Shown piece after piece: positions 43,047 through 52,648 of a stretch of DNA of 64,000 bases. The notes beneath the pieces were generated by a model, which worked only from the letters and a program-made list of their open reading frames with translations, made no database searches and was not told the origin of the DNA. The first letter of the stretch is position 1. Each line of letters begins with the position of its first letter. The position numbers and the translations under genes are program-made. Source of the DNA: Candidatus Methylomirabilota bacterium (GTDB taxonomy: Bacteria > Methylomirabilota > Methylomirabilia > Rokubacteriales > CSP1-6). The DNA is taken from assembly GCA_036002485.1 (NCBI GenBank), contig DASYTI010000019.1:11990-75989 (forward strand), given 5' to 3'.

Positions 43047-44876
43047 TTACAGGTACTGGCCGGTATTGATGATGCGCTCGACCGCCCGCTGCTTCTCCTT
43101 CGTCTCACCCATGAGCGGCTTGACGTAGACGATACGCTCGCCCTTCTTGCCCGCGATCTTGGCCCAGTCGTCCGGGTTCGTGGTATTGGGCAGGTCCTCG
43201 TTCTCTTTGAACTCTTCGCGCACGGCGGCCAGGAGGTCGTCGAGGTTGATGCCCTTCTCGCTCGTCTGGATATAGCGCTTGAGGGCCAGCTTCTTGGCCC
43301 GGCGTACCACGGATTCGATCATAGCGCCCGAGGAGAAGTCCTTGAAGTAGAGGATCTCCTTGTCGCCGTTGGCGTAGGTGACCTCGAGGAACCGATTCTC
43401 CTCCTCCAGGCTGTACATCTCTTCCACGGCGGCGGCGATCAGACGATCGAGGGTCGGCTGCATCTCGCCGCCGTGCTGCTGGAGCTCGACCGCGTGGATG
43501 GGGAGGTCGCCCGTCAGGTACTTGTTGAAGATGTCCACGGCCGCGCTGCGGTCCGGCCGCTCGATCTTGATCTTCACGTCGAGCCGGCCGGGACGCAGGA
43601 TGGCCGGGTCGATGAGATCCTGCCGGTTCGAGGCGCCCACCACGATCACGTTCTTCAGGTGCTCGACGCCGTCGATCTCGGCCAGGAGCTGCGGGACGAT
43701 GGTCGTCTCCACGTCGGAGGAGATGCCCGAGCCGCGGGTGCGGAAGAGGGCGTCCATCTCGTCGAAGAAGACGATGACGGGGACGTCCTCGGCGGCTTTC
43801 TCGCGCGCCTTGATGAAGATCTCGCGGATCTTGCGCTCGGTCTCGCCCACGTACTTGTTGAGGAGCTCCGGGCCCTTGATGTTGAGGAAGAAGCCCTTGA
43901 CTTTTTCGCCCCGCTTCTCGGAGATCTTCTGGGCGAGATTGTTGGCCACCGCCTTGGCGATCATGGTCTTGCCGCAGCCCGGGGGGCCGTAGAGCAGGAC
44001 GCCCTTGGGCGGCGTCAGCTGATGCTCGCGGTAGTAATCGGCGTACAGGTACGGCAGCTCCACGGCATCCTTGATCGCCTCGATCTGGGTGGTGAGGCCG
44101 CCGATGTCCTCGTAGTTGATGTCCGGCACTTCCTCCAGGGCCAGATCCTCGACCTCGCTCTTGGGCAGCTTCTCCAGCAGGTACCCGCTCTTGCCGTCCA
44201 TGAGGATGTGATCGCCGACCTTGAGCTTCACGGAGCGCAGGGGATCGGCCACGATGCCGACCTTGTCCTCGTCGGCGCGAAGGGTCACCACGGCGCGGCC
44301 CTCCTCGAGCAGCTCCTTGAGGATGACCACGTCACCCTGGATCTCGTAGCCGGCCGCCTCCACCACGTTGAGGCCTTCGTTGAGGACGAGCTCCTGGCCG
44401 GGCTTGAGGGACTCGGCCTTGAGGGATGGATGCAGGTTGACCTTGACCTTGCGCCCCTGGGACAGCACGTTGATGGTGCCGTCCTCGTTCACCGAGAGGT
44501 ACACGCCGTACGTCGAGGGCGGCGCGCAGAGCTTGTCCACCTCTTCTTTCAGCGAGGTGATCTGCTCGCGCGCCTCGTAGAGCGCATTGACAAGCTTTTC
44601 GTTCTGGTTGAACGCCTGCACGAGCTGGCGATTGGCCTCGCGCAGCTTGTTCTCGAGCACCATGAACTCCTTCGGCGCGTCCTCGAGCTTCTTGCGCAGC
44701 CGACCCGTCTCGGCCTCGAGCGAATGCACGTAGGCCTGCAGGTCTTGGACCTGCACCTCGTACTCCGTCAGTCGGCGGCGGTAGTTGGAGTCGGACATGG
44801 GCAGAAACTTCGACAGTCCCTTCATTCCTTCAGACGACGGCTCCCGGCTTGGAGTCTTTTTCTCGAACTCCTTCAT
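43047..44876 (-). CDS. mpa: Proteasome-associated AAA ATPase Mpa/ARC
   Basis: N-terminal coiled coil, OB domains, Walker A GPPGCGKT, and the C-terminal proteasome-docking motif GQYL. Confidence 0.9.
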   Translation of the reverse strand: MKEFEKKTPSREPSSEGMKGLSKFLPMSDSNYRRRLTEYEVQVQDLQAYVHSLEAETGRLRKKLEDAPKEFMVLENKLREANRQLVQAFNQNEKLVNALYEAREQITSLKEEVDKLCAPPSTYGVYLSVNEDGTINVLSQGRKVKVNLHPSLKAESLKPGQELVLNEGLNVVEAAGYEIQGDVVILKELLEEGRAVVTLRADEDKVGIVADPLRSVKLKVGDHILMDGKSGYLLEKLPKSEVEDLALEEVPDINYEDIGGLTTQIEAIKDAVELPYLYADYYREHQLTPPKGVLLYGPPGCGKTMIAKAVANNLAQKISEKRGEKVKGFFLNIKGPELLNKYVGETERKIREIFIKAREKAAEDVPVIVFFDEMDALFRTRGSGISSDVETTIVPQLLAEIDGVEHLKNVIVVGASNRQDLIDPAILRPGRLDVKIKIERPDRSAAVDIFNKYLTGDLPIHAVELQQHGGEMQPTLDRLIAAAVEEMYSLEEENRFLEVTYANGDKEILYFKDFSSGAMIESVVRRAKKLALKRYIQTSEKGINLDDLLAAVREEFKENEDLPNTTNPDDWAKIAGKKGERIVYVKPLMGETKEKQRAVERIINTGQYL

Positions 44877-45314
44877 GTTCGCCCGTTCCTTTCTGGCTAG
44901 TTCAGCGGGCGCTTCCCTGAGAGCGAACCCCCCGCCCTCTGTGGGTGTGGCCGAAAGTTGCGCTCAGTATAGTGGTCCGTGTCGCGGCAAGTCAAGAGAA
45001 TTGGGGCCAATTGATCGTTCAGAGCCATTGAAATCATTCGACTTTTCCCACTTCCTCCCTTCGGCAACACCGATGGGTCTCAGCGATGAAACCCAATGCC
45101 CAAGAGACCCGTTCCTCGCCCATCCTAGATGGGTCTCTACCTTCTGAGCATAAGGGAAGCACGTTCGGTGCCATCGTCTCGGGCCGACGAGAACGCCCGA
45201 CCGAGGGCCGAATAGCGCATGAGTTCGCGATGATATTGCGGATTCGTTGAGCAACCGGCGATCCACGTCGGCGCGTGACGCGCCATGTGTCGGTCTTTTT
45301 GATATAAGGGCTCC

Positions 45315-46886
45315 ATGTTTCGTCAGTTCGGTGTACTCGCGCTCGTCGCGCTCTGTGCCGCTGGTGCGCCGCCGCCCTCCGACGCTCAAGGACCCACGCT
45401 GCGCGTCGGACTGCCATCCATTCCGACCGTTCTCGATCCAGCCACCGCCCTCGAGGGCTCCATGCCCTTCATCGCGCGCCAGGTCTTCGACACCCTCGTC
45501 CAGTACCGCGACGGCGGGAGCGATATCGAGCCCGGCCTCGCCACTCAATGGACCGTATCGCGCGACGGGCTGTCCTGGACCTTCCGGTTGCGCGAGGGCG
45601 TCCGTTTTCATGATGGCACCCCCCTCCAGGCCCGGCAGGTTGCCGAGAGTCTCGATCGCATCATCATTCCCGCCCATCCCCTGGCGCCGAGCCCCAGCCC
45701 CGCCGGCTCGCGGCTCCTTCGCGGCGCTCCCGGGGTAATCAAGGACATCCTCACTCCCGACCAGCGCACGGTGCAGATCAACCTCGTCCTGCCCTATGCA
45801 CCTCTTCTGACGGTGCTCGCCCATCCCGTGTTCTCGATCGTCCACCCGACGACGGGAGCCACGCGCTGGGTAGGAACCGGACCCTTCGCCCTGGGCGAGG
45901 CATACGCCGGCCGACTTGTGCTCGAAGCCAATCCCGCGTATTGGGCGGCGCCGGCCCGTTCACCTCGCGTCGTCCTGAGCGAGACGCCGGACCAGGCGCG
46001 GGCCGAAGCCGACCTCGATGCAAGAAGCCTCGACCTCATCGTTCCTGCCGGGCCGCCCCTCCGCATGCAAGGCGCCCTCTCGCTGCCCGGCTGGCGGATC
46101 GGCTACCTCGCCATCCAGACCGAGAAGGACCCGTGGCGGCGGCGGAAGGTGCGCCAGGCCTTTGCCGCGGCGCTCTCGCCCGCCATGTTGACGTCAGCCG
46201 TCGAGCCGGCCGGCGTGGCGCTCAGAGCTTTCCTTCCACGTGGCATATGGAGCGCGGCGGAGCCGCCTGTCCCGCTCCTCGGCACCGATGCAGGGACGGC
46301 ACGGCGCCTCATGGGGGAGGCGGGGGCGGGGCAGGCGGTGGTGGCCTCGTTGCTGGCCGATGGCTCCATCGGGCCCGAAGTCCCGCGGGTCGTCGACGCC
46401 ATCCGTGCCGCCCTCGGCGCGGCCGGCGTCACGGTGAAGCCGCGGATCGAGGCCGGAGATGCCGCGTTCCAGACCGCACAGAGCGGGACGCACGACCTGG
46501 CATTCTTCGAGGCCCGCGTGGACGGCGGCGACCCCCATCTCCTCCTCTATCCCCTCTCCACGAGCGAGGGCGCGACCCGCGGGCCCAGCGCGACCAACTT
46601 CTCTTTCTATCGCAACGCGCGCCTCGACGATCTCCTGATCCGCGCGAGCCAGATTGCCTTCCGGCCGGAGCGCCAGCGCATCTACGCCCGTGCCCAGGCC
46701 TTTCTCGCCGAGGAGCTACCATGGCTACCCCTCTACGTCCGCCTGAACTGGGCTGTGGCTCGTCCCGAGCTCCGCGGGTTTCGCTTGCATCCGAGCGGCA
46801 ACCATCGCCTCGGCGGCGCCTGGGTCGAGACGGCGACGCCTTCAGCACCGGCTTCTCCATCGATTGCGCCGCCTCGCACCCCCTGA
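45315..46886 (+). CDS. ABC transporter substrate-binding protein, family 5 (orphan)
   Basis: Signal peptide MFRQFGVLALVALCAAGAPPPSDAQ, then an SBP_bac_5-like sequence. No adjacent permease or ATPase genes. Confidence 0.75.
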   Translation: MFRQFGVLALVALCAAGAPPPSDAQGPTLRVGLPSIPTVLDPATALEGSMPFIARQVFDTLVQYRDGGSDIEPGLATQWTVSRDGLSWTFRLREGVRFHDGTPLQARQVAESLDRIIIPAHPLAPSPSPAGSRLLRGAPGVIKDILTPDQRTVQINLVLPYAPLLTVLAHPVFSIVHPTTGATRWVGTGPFALGEAYAGRLVLEANPAYWAAPARSPRVVLSETPDQARAEADLDARSLDLIVPAGPPLRMQGALSLPGWRIGYLAIQTEKDPWRRRKVRQAFAAALSPAMLTSAVEPAGVALRAFLPRGIWSAAEPPVPLLGTDAGTARRLMGEAGAGQAVVASLLADGSIGPEVPRVVDAIRAALGAAGVTVKPRIEAGDAAFQTAQSGTHDLAFFEARVDGGDPHLLLYPLSTSEGATRGPSATNFSFYRNARLDDLLIRASQIAFRPERQRIYARAQAFLAEELPWLPLYVRLNWAVARPELRGFRLHPSGNHRLGGAWVETATPSAPASPSIAPPRTP

Positions 46887-46929
46887 CCGCCTCTGCGGCT
46901 GGACTTGGGGCGGCCCGCATGATAGACAA

Positions 46930-47946
46930 ATGAAGGACTTACGCCATCCTGGCGCCAACCTCATGCTCACGATCAGCGATACCGTCACCGAGATGGTCCA
47001 GTGGGTGTTCCCCGAGCACGCGGGCGCGCCCGGCCAGATCCACGGCGGCCGCATAATGCAGTGGATAGCCACGGTGGGGACCATGGCGGCCGCTCGGGTG
47101 GCGCGCGGCCAGGTCGTGCTGGGGGCCATGGACGACATCGACTTTCTTCACCCGGTCAAGGTAGGGGAGATCGCCGTCTTGCGGGCTCAGGTCGAAGCCA
47201 TCGGGCGCTGCTCGATCGAAGTCGGAGTCAAGGTCTTCGCCGAGAACGTCCAGAACGGTCGCCGCGCCCCGACCCTCAACTCCCATCTCGTCTTCGTGAA
47301 AGTGGACGAGGATCTGAAGCCCGTGCCCGTGCCGGCCACGCTGGTGCCGAGAGGACCAGCGGAAGAGGCGCTCTTCGCCGAGGCGCGAGAGCGTCGGCGC
47401 CAGCGTCTCGAGCGCCTGGCCCGGCGCCGGGCGGCCGCTCTCGACATCGGCGACGAGGCGGAGGAGGAGCCGCGCTGGACGCTCGAATCCTCGCGCGCGG
47501 TGCTGCCCGAGGACACGCTGTTCGGGCACACCATGTTTCCCGGCAAGCTCCTCATGGACATCGACGAGGTGGGAGGCATCCTCTCCATGCGCTACTGTCG
47601 CGGCCTCGTCATGACGGCCTGCCTCGACGCCATGGACTTTTTCGCCCCCATCAACACCCACGAGGTCGTCACGTTCAAGGCGGCGCTGAACTATGTCGGC
47701 AATTCTTCGCTGGAAGTCGGCGTCAAGGTACTGACCGAGGTGCCCTGGTCGGGCGAGGTGCGGCACGCCTGCACGGCCTATCTGACCTTCGTCCACCTGG
47801 GGCCGGACCTCCGGCCGCGACCGTGCCCGCCCTTCACGGCCCAGACGTCGGGCGAGAAGCGGCGCGGGACGGAGGCGGAGGAGCGGCGCGCACGGAGGCT
47901 GGAGCGGGTGAAGCGGTTGAAAGCATCCATTCAAGAAGGAAGGTGA
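46930..47946 (+). CDS. Acyl-CoA thioesterase, tandem hotdog domains
   Basis: Two hotdog-fold halves (GQIHGGRIMQWI... and GHTMFPGKLLMDIDEVGG...), similar to the acyl-CoA hydrolase family. Confidence 0.75.
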   Translation: MKDLRHPGANLMLTISDTVTEMVQWVFPEHAGAPGQIHGGRIMQWIATVGTMAAARVARGQVVLGAMDDIDFLHPVKVGEIAVLRAQVEAIGRCSIEVGVKVFAENVQNGRRAPTLNSHLVFVKVDEDLKPVPVPATLVPRGPAEEALFAEARERRRQRLERLARRRAAALDIGDEAEEEPRWTLESSRAVLPEDTLFGHTMFPGKLLMDIDEVGGILSMRYCRGLVMTACLDAMDFFAPINTHEVVTFKAALNYVGNSSLEVGVKVLTEVPWSGEVRHACTAYLTFVHLGPDLRPRPCPPFTAQTSGEKRRGTEAEERRARRLERVKRLKASIQEGR

Positions 47947-47950
47947 CGCC

Positions 47951-48703
47951 ATGTCCGGACACTCCCGGTGGTCCCAGATCAAGCGTAAGAAGGGCAAGGC
48001 CGACGTGCAGCGCGGGAAGCTCTTTTCCAAGATCCTCCGCGAAATCACCGTGGCCGCGAAGCACGGCGGCGGCGACCCCAAGGGCAATCTCCGGCTCAAG
48101 GCGGCCGTGGAGTCCGCCAAGGCCGCCAATATGCCCGCGGACAACATCAAGCGAGCCGTTCAGAAGGGGACGGGCGAGCTCCCCGGCGAGCAGTACGAGG
48201 AGATCACCTACGAGGGCTATGGGCCGGGCGGAGTCGCCGTCCTCGTGCGCGTGCTGACGGACAACAAGAACCGCACGGGGCCCGAGATCCGGCACATCTT
48301 CGAGAAGCAGAGCGGGCGCATGGGCACGTCGAACTGCGTGGCCTGGATGTTCGACCGCCGCGGGGTCATCCAGGTCGACGGCGAGAAGGCGAAGGAGGAC
48401 GAGGTGCTCGAGCAGGCCCTCGAGGCCGGGGCCACCGACGTGCGCACGGTGGAAAGAGTTTTCGAGATCACCACCGCCCCTGATGAAATGGAGTCGGTGC
48501 GCCAGACGCTCGAGGCCAAGGGATTGCCGGTGCTCGAGGCGCAGGCCTCTATGGTCCCCCAATCCACGGTGCGGGTGGAAGGCAAGGACGCCGCCGCCGT
48601 GCTGCGGCTGATCGAGGCGCTCGAGGAGCAGGACGACGTCCAGGCCGTCTATTCCAACTACGACATCCCCGACGAGGTCTTCGACGCCATCTCTGCGGCC
48701 TAG
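47951..48703 (+). CDS. yebC: YebC/PmpR family DNA-binding transcriptional regulator
   Basis: MSGHSRWSQIKRKKGKADVQRGKLFSKILREITVAAK is the canonical YebC N-terminus. Conserved synteny upstream of ruvC. Confidence 0.92.
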   Translation: MSGHSRWSQIKRKKGKADVQRGKLFSKILREITVAAKHGGGDPKGNLRLKAAVESAKAANMPADNIKRAVQKGTGELPGEQYEEITYEGYGPGGVAVLVRVLTDNKNRTGPEIRHIFEKQSGRMGTSNCVAWMFDRRGVIQVDGEKAKEDEVLEQALEAGATDVRTVERVFEITTAPDEMESVRQTLEAKGLPVLEAQASMVPQSTVRVEGKDAAAVLRLIEALEEQDDVQAVYSNYDIPDEVFDAISAA

Positions 48704-48707
48704 CGGC

Positions 48708-49211
48708 GTGCGCGTGATGGGCGTGGATCCCGGGCTCGTGGACACGGGCTTCGGAATCCTCGAGGCGGGGCCGGGCGCGGTGACGGTCGTGGCGGCGGGG
48801 GTGGTGTCGACCACGTCCACCCTGCCCCTCGAAGCCCGGCTCAATGCCATTCACCGGGCCATGGTCAAGATCATCGAGGAGCGCCGGCCGGCCTTCCTGG
48901 TCGTCGAGGATCTCTACACCGAGTACAAGTTTCCCCGCACGGCCATCCTCATGGGCCATGCCCGCGGGGTCATCTATCTCGCCGCGCGCCAGCTCGGCGT
49001 GGCCGTGACCGCCCTCTCACCGTCGGAGGTCAAGCGCGCGGTGACGGGCAATGGCGCGGCGGGCAAGGCGCAGGTCCAGCGCAGCGTCCAGACCCTCCTC
49101 GGCCTCAAGGACCTGCCGCGGCCCTCGCACCTGGCCGACGCGCTCGGCCTCGCCGTCACCGGTCTCGCCCGCGTCACCGGCATCACCCCACGGGCTCGAG
49201 CGGTCAGATGA
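48708..49211 (+). CDS. ruvC: Crossover junction endodeoxyribonuclease RuvC
   Basis: GVDPGLVDTGFGILE with catalytic Asp/Glu. 167 aa. Confidence 0.9.
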   Translation: MRVMGVDPGLVDTGFGILEAGPGAVTVVAAGVVSTTSTLPLEARLNAIHRAMVKIIEERRPAFLVVEDLYTEYKFPRTAILMGHARGVIYLAARQLGVAVTALSPSEVKRAVTGNGAAGKAQVQRSVQTLLGLKDLPRPSHLADALGLAVTGLARVTGITPRARAVR

Positions 49212-49218
49212 TCCGCAC

Positions 49219-49881
49219 ATGATCGCCCTCCTGCGCGGACGACTGCGCCGGAAGCACGAGAACCGCGTGGTGGTCGAGGCGGCGGGAGTCGGCTACGAGG
49301 TCGTGCTGCCCCCGGTGGTCCAGCAGGCCATCGCGGGCGCGCTCGCGAGCGACGGAGACGGCGCGGCCGAGGTGACGCTGGAGATCCACTACCACGCGAC
49401 CCAGAACCAGCCCTCGCCCGTGCTGATCGGGTTCCTCTCCGGACTCGAGAAAGAATTCTTCGAGAAGCTCATCACGGTCAAGGACGTGGGCCCGCTGGTG
49501 GCGGCCCGGTCGCTTGCCTCGCCGGTTTCGGAGATCGCCGCCGCCATCGCGCGCCAGGACGAGGCCTATCTTCGGCGCCTGCCGGGTATCGGTCCTCAGA
49601 AGGCCAAGAACATCGTGGCCCAGCTGTCTTCCAAGGTCGCCAAGTTCGCCCTGTCCCAGCCGGGGGCGGTGGTGGAGCACGGCAAGGCCACCGCGCCCGC
49701 TTCCGTCCGTATGGATGAGGATGGCCTGCGAGGCGCGGTCTTCGAGATCATGACCAAGCAGCTGGGCCATCGGCCGGGCGAGGCCGCCCATCTCATCACC
49801 GCCGCCCTGTCCCGGAAGCCGGGCATCACCACCCCGGAAGAGCTCTTCGACGAGATCTACCGCGGGGCCAAGACCCCGTGA
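49219..49881 (+). CDS. ruvA: Holliday junction branch migration protein RuvA
   Basis: MIALLRGRL...GVGYEVVLP N-terminus. HhH motifs (LPGIGPQKAKNIV). Confidence 0.88.
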   Translation: MIALLRGRLRRKHENRVVVEAAGVGYEVVLPPVVQQAIAGALASDGDGAAEVTLEIHYHATQNQPSPVLIGFLSGLEKEFFEKLITVKDVGPLVAARSLASPVSEIAAAIARQDEAYLRRLPGIGPQKAKNIVAQLSSKVAKFALSQPGAVVEHGKATAPASVRMDEDGLRGAVFEIMTKQLGHRPGEAAHLITAALSRKPGITTPEELFDEIYRGAKTP

Positions 49882-50909
49882 CCGACGAAGCCAGGGTCAT
49901 GAGTCACGTCGCCTTGCCCGAGGAGACGCAGGTCGAGCGGCAGCTCCGGCCCCAGCGGCTCGACGAGTATGTCGGCCAGCGGGCGGCCGTGGAGAGTTTG
50001 CGCGTCTCCGTCCTGGCCGCCGGCCAGCGGGGCGAGCCGCTCGATCATGTGCTTCTGTCGGGCCCTCCGGGGCTGGGCAAGACCACCCTGGCCACCATCC
50101 TCGCCAATGAGATGTCCGCTTCGATCGTCACCACGGCCGGGCCCTCGCTCGAGCGCGGGGGCGACCTGATGGGCATCCTCACCAACCTCAATGAGCGGGA
50201 CGTCCTCTTCGTGGACGAGATCCACCGGCTGCCGCGCATCGTCGAGGAGCTCCTCTATCCGGCCATGGAGGACTTCACCGTCAATTTCGTCATGGACAAG
50301 GGCCTGAACGCCCGCACCATGCGGATCCCCCTTCGGCCCTTCACGCTCGTGGGAGCCACCACTCGGCCGGGCATGCTCTCGTCGCCGCTCCGCGAGCGCT
50401 TCGGCATCTTCCACCACCTGGATTTCTACTCGCTGGAGGAGCTCCAGGCCATCATCACGCGCTCGGCCTCCATCCTGGGCGCCCCCCTCCAGCCGGACGG
50501 GGCCGGGGCCATCGCCAAGCGATCGCGCGGGACGCCCCGCATCGCCAACCGTCTCCTGCGACGGGTGCGCGACTATGTCCAGGTCAAGGGCACCGGAGTG
50601 GTGTCGGGGGCCGCGGCCGTCGATGCCCTCAGCCGCGAGGGAGTCGACTCGGAAGGGCTCGATCGGCTCGACACGCGCTTCCTCAAGGCGATCATCGAGC
50701 AGTACGGAGGGGGCCCCGTCGGGCTCGAGGCCATTGCCGCCACCATTAATGATGAAGCGGAGACTCTCGCGGAGGTCGTGGAGCCCTTCCTCCTCAAGAT
50801 CGGCTTCCTCGTGCGGACGCCCACCGGCCGCAAGGCGACGCCGGCCGCGTATGCCCATCTCGGGTTCGCCACGCCGGCTCCGGGCGGGCAGGGCATGCTG
50901 CCGATCTAG
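49878..50909 (+). CDS. ruvB: Holliday junction branch migration DNA helicase RuvB
   Basis: Walker A GPPGLGKTTLA and Walker B LFVDEIHRL. GTG start overlaps the ruvA stop (GTGA). Confidence 0.92.
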   Translation: MTDEARVMSHVALPEETQVERQLRPQRLDEYVGQRAAVESLRVSVLAAGQRGEPLDHVLLSGPPGLGKTTLATILANEMSASIVTTAGPSLERGGDLMGILTNLNERDVLFVDEIHRLPRIVEELLYPAMEDFTVNFVMDKGLNARTMRIPLRPFTLVGATTRPGMLSSPLRERFGIFHHLDFYSLEELQAIITRSASILGAPLQPDGAGAIAKRSRGTPRIANRLLRRVRDYVQVKGTGVVSGAAAVDALSREGVDSEGLDRLDTRFLKAIIEQYGGGPVGLEAIAATINDEAETLAEVVEPFLLKIGFLVRTPTGRKATPAAYAHLGFATPAPGGQGMLPI

Positions 50910-50940
50910 GAGCCGCTCATCCGTGGCCGACTTGGGGAAA

Positions 50941-51150
50941 ATGCTTCTCGGGGTCGGGCTCGTGATGGTACTTCTTGGAGGAATTCTGCTTCTCGTCTCC
51001 AACTTCGCGGGAAAGGTGCCATGGCTCGGACGATTGCCGGGGGATATCTATATCGAGCGGGGAAGCTGGCGGTTCTATTTTCCGCTCGGCACCTCCATCC
51101 TGCTCTCCGTCGTGCTGTCGCTGCTCGTGTGGCTCTTCTCGCGGCGCTAG
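50941..51150 (+). CDS. DUF2905 family small membrane protein
   Basis: MLLGVGLVMVLLGGILLLVS...LPGDIYIERG..FYFPL matches the DUF2905 pattern. An in-frame GTG at 50923 is a possible alternative start. Confidence 0.6.
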   Translation: MLLGVGLVMVLLGGILLLVSNFAGKVPWLGRLPGDIYIERGSWRFYFPLGTSILLSVVLSLLVWLFSRR

Positions 51151-52256
51151 GCCTGGCCCTCCCGCTGGCCCTGTCGGCGCCGGCCTGGGCATCGGGCGAT
51201 ATCCGCGTCGGTCTGGCCGAAGGGCTAGCCACGGTCGAGGTGGGCGGCGGCCCCATGCTCGTCCATGACCTCGCGGGCCGCGCGCTCGCCGAGGAGCCAA
51301 TCACCTGGCTGCGGGTGCTCCGACGGGACGGCGGGCTGGAGTGGCGCGGGCAACGCCTGACGGGTCTTCGTGTGTCCCCGGCCGGGGGCCATGCCCTTCG
51401 CTTCCAGCAAAGGCCCTATCCAGGCGTCCTCGAGGTGATGCTCGGGCCCGAAGGGCTGATGGTGGTGAACCAGCTCCCGCTCGAGGAATACCTGGTCGGC
51501 GCCGTCAAGGCCGAGGCCGGCGACAAGTGGCCCCTCGAGATGCTCAAGGCCCAGGCCATCGTGGCCCGCACCTACGCTGCGTATCACCGGCGGCTCAATG
51601 GGACCAAGCCCTACCACCTGATGTCGAGTACGGCCAATCAGCAGTACGCCGGACAGGTACTCGAGACCTCGCCGGCCTGGTCGGCCGTGCGGGAGACAGA
51701 GGGGCAGGTGCTGCTCTGGGAGGGTGATCTCTTCCCGGCCTTCTATCACACGGACAGCGGGGGCTACACCGAGGACCCGCGCGCCGTGTTCGCCGCCAGC
51801 AACATGCCGGCGCTTCCCCCGGTGCGGGTGGAGTTTCCCTCGGCCTCTCCGCACCACGCCTGGATCCTAGACGTGCCGCTCGCGGATCTCGCCACCGCCT
51901 TGAGGAGGGGCGGGGTCTCGGTGGGCAGCATCGTGGGCCTCCGCGTGGTCGAGCGCAGCACCTCGTTGCGGGTCTCTCGCATCGCCGTCGACGGCACGCG
52001 CGGCACCGCCACCCTGCGCGGCAACGATCTCCGACGCCTGGTCGGCTACGATACGCTGAAAAGCACGCTGTTCGCGGTCTCGGTGGATCGGGCCTATGCT
52101 CGATTCGCCGGGCGCGGCTATGGCCATGGCGTCGGCCTCGATCAGTGGAGCGCCAAGACCATGGCCGAGCAGGGCTATGCGGCCCGCCAGATCGCCCTCT
52201 ACTACTACCCCGGGGCCACGCTCGCTTCGCTGACGGCCAGTCCCTCACTCAAGTAG
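51129..52256 (+). CDS. SpoIID/LytB domain protein
   Basis: Signal peptide ..LLAALGLALPLALSAPAWA, then a SpoIID-like amidase-enhancer sequence (YLVGAVKAEAGDKWPLEMLKAQAIVARTYA). Start codon uncertain, because the long track ORF overlaps the DUF2905 gene. Confidence 0.75.
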   Translation: MALLAALGLALPLALSAPAWASGDIRVGLAEGLATVEVGGGPMLVHDLAGRALAEEPITWLRVLRRDGGLEWRGQRLTGLRVSPAGGHALRFQQRPYPGVLEVMLGPEGLMVVNQLPLEEYLVGAVKAEAGDKWPLEMLKAQAIVARTYAAYHRRLNGTKPYHLMSSTANQQYAGQVLETSPAWSAVRETEGQVLLWEGDLFPAFYHTDSGGYTEDPRAVFAASNMPALPPVRVEFPSASPHHAWILDVPLADLATALRRGGVSVGSIVGLRVVERSTSLRVSRIAVDGTRGTATLRGNDLRRLVGYDTLKSTLFAVSVDRAYARFAGRGYGHGVGLDQWSAKTMAEQGYAARQIALYYYPGATLASLTASPSLK

Positions 52257-52269
52257 CCGCATCCTTTCC

Positions 52270-52602
52270 ATGGCCATCTCGTGGGCAGATTTCGAGCGAG
52301 TGGACATGCGTGTCGGGGTGATCACGGACGCTCAGCCCTTCCCCGAAGCCAAGAATCCGGCCCTCAAGCTCTCCATCGACTTCGGCCCTCTCGGCGTCAA
52401 GCGCTCGAGCGCGCAGATCACGGATCGCTACGCGCCGGGCGATCTCGTAGGACGGCGCGTGGTCGCCGTGGTGAACTTCCCGCCCAAGCAGATCGGACCC
52501 TTCGTCTCCGAGGTGCTCGTGCTGGGCGCCTACGACGAGCATGGCGCGGTCATCCTCCTCCGCCCCGACTTCGACGTCACGCCAGGATCGAAGATCGGGT
52601 AA
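52270..52602 (+). CDS. csaA: tRNA-binding protein (CsaA/Trbp111, Myf domain)
   Basis: 110 aa. DMRVGVITDAQPFPEAKNPALKLSIDFG is the hallmark of the EMAP/Myf tRNA-binding fold. Confidence 0.8.
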   Translation: MAISWADFERVDMRVGVITDAQPFPEAKNPALKLSIDFGPLGVKRSSAQITDRYAPGDLVGRRVVAVVNFPPKQIGPFVSEVLVLGAYDEHGAVILLRPDFDVTPGSKIG

Positions 52603-52648
52603 GCCCGCTCCCCCCGCGTGCCTGTCCGCGAGGGGATGCTAGACTTCG

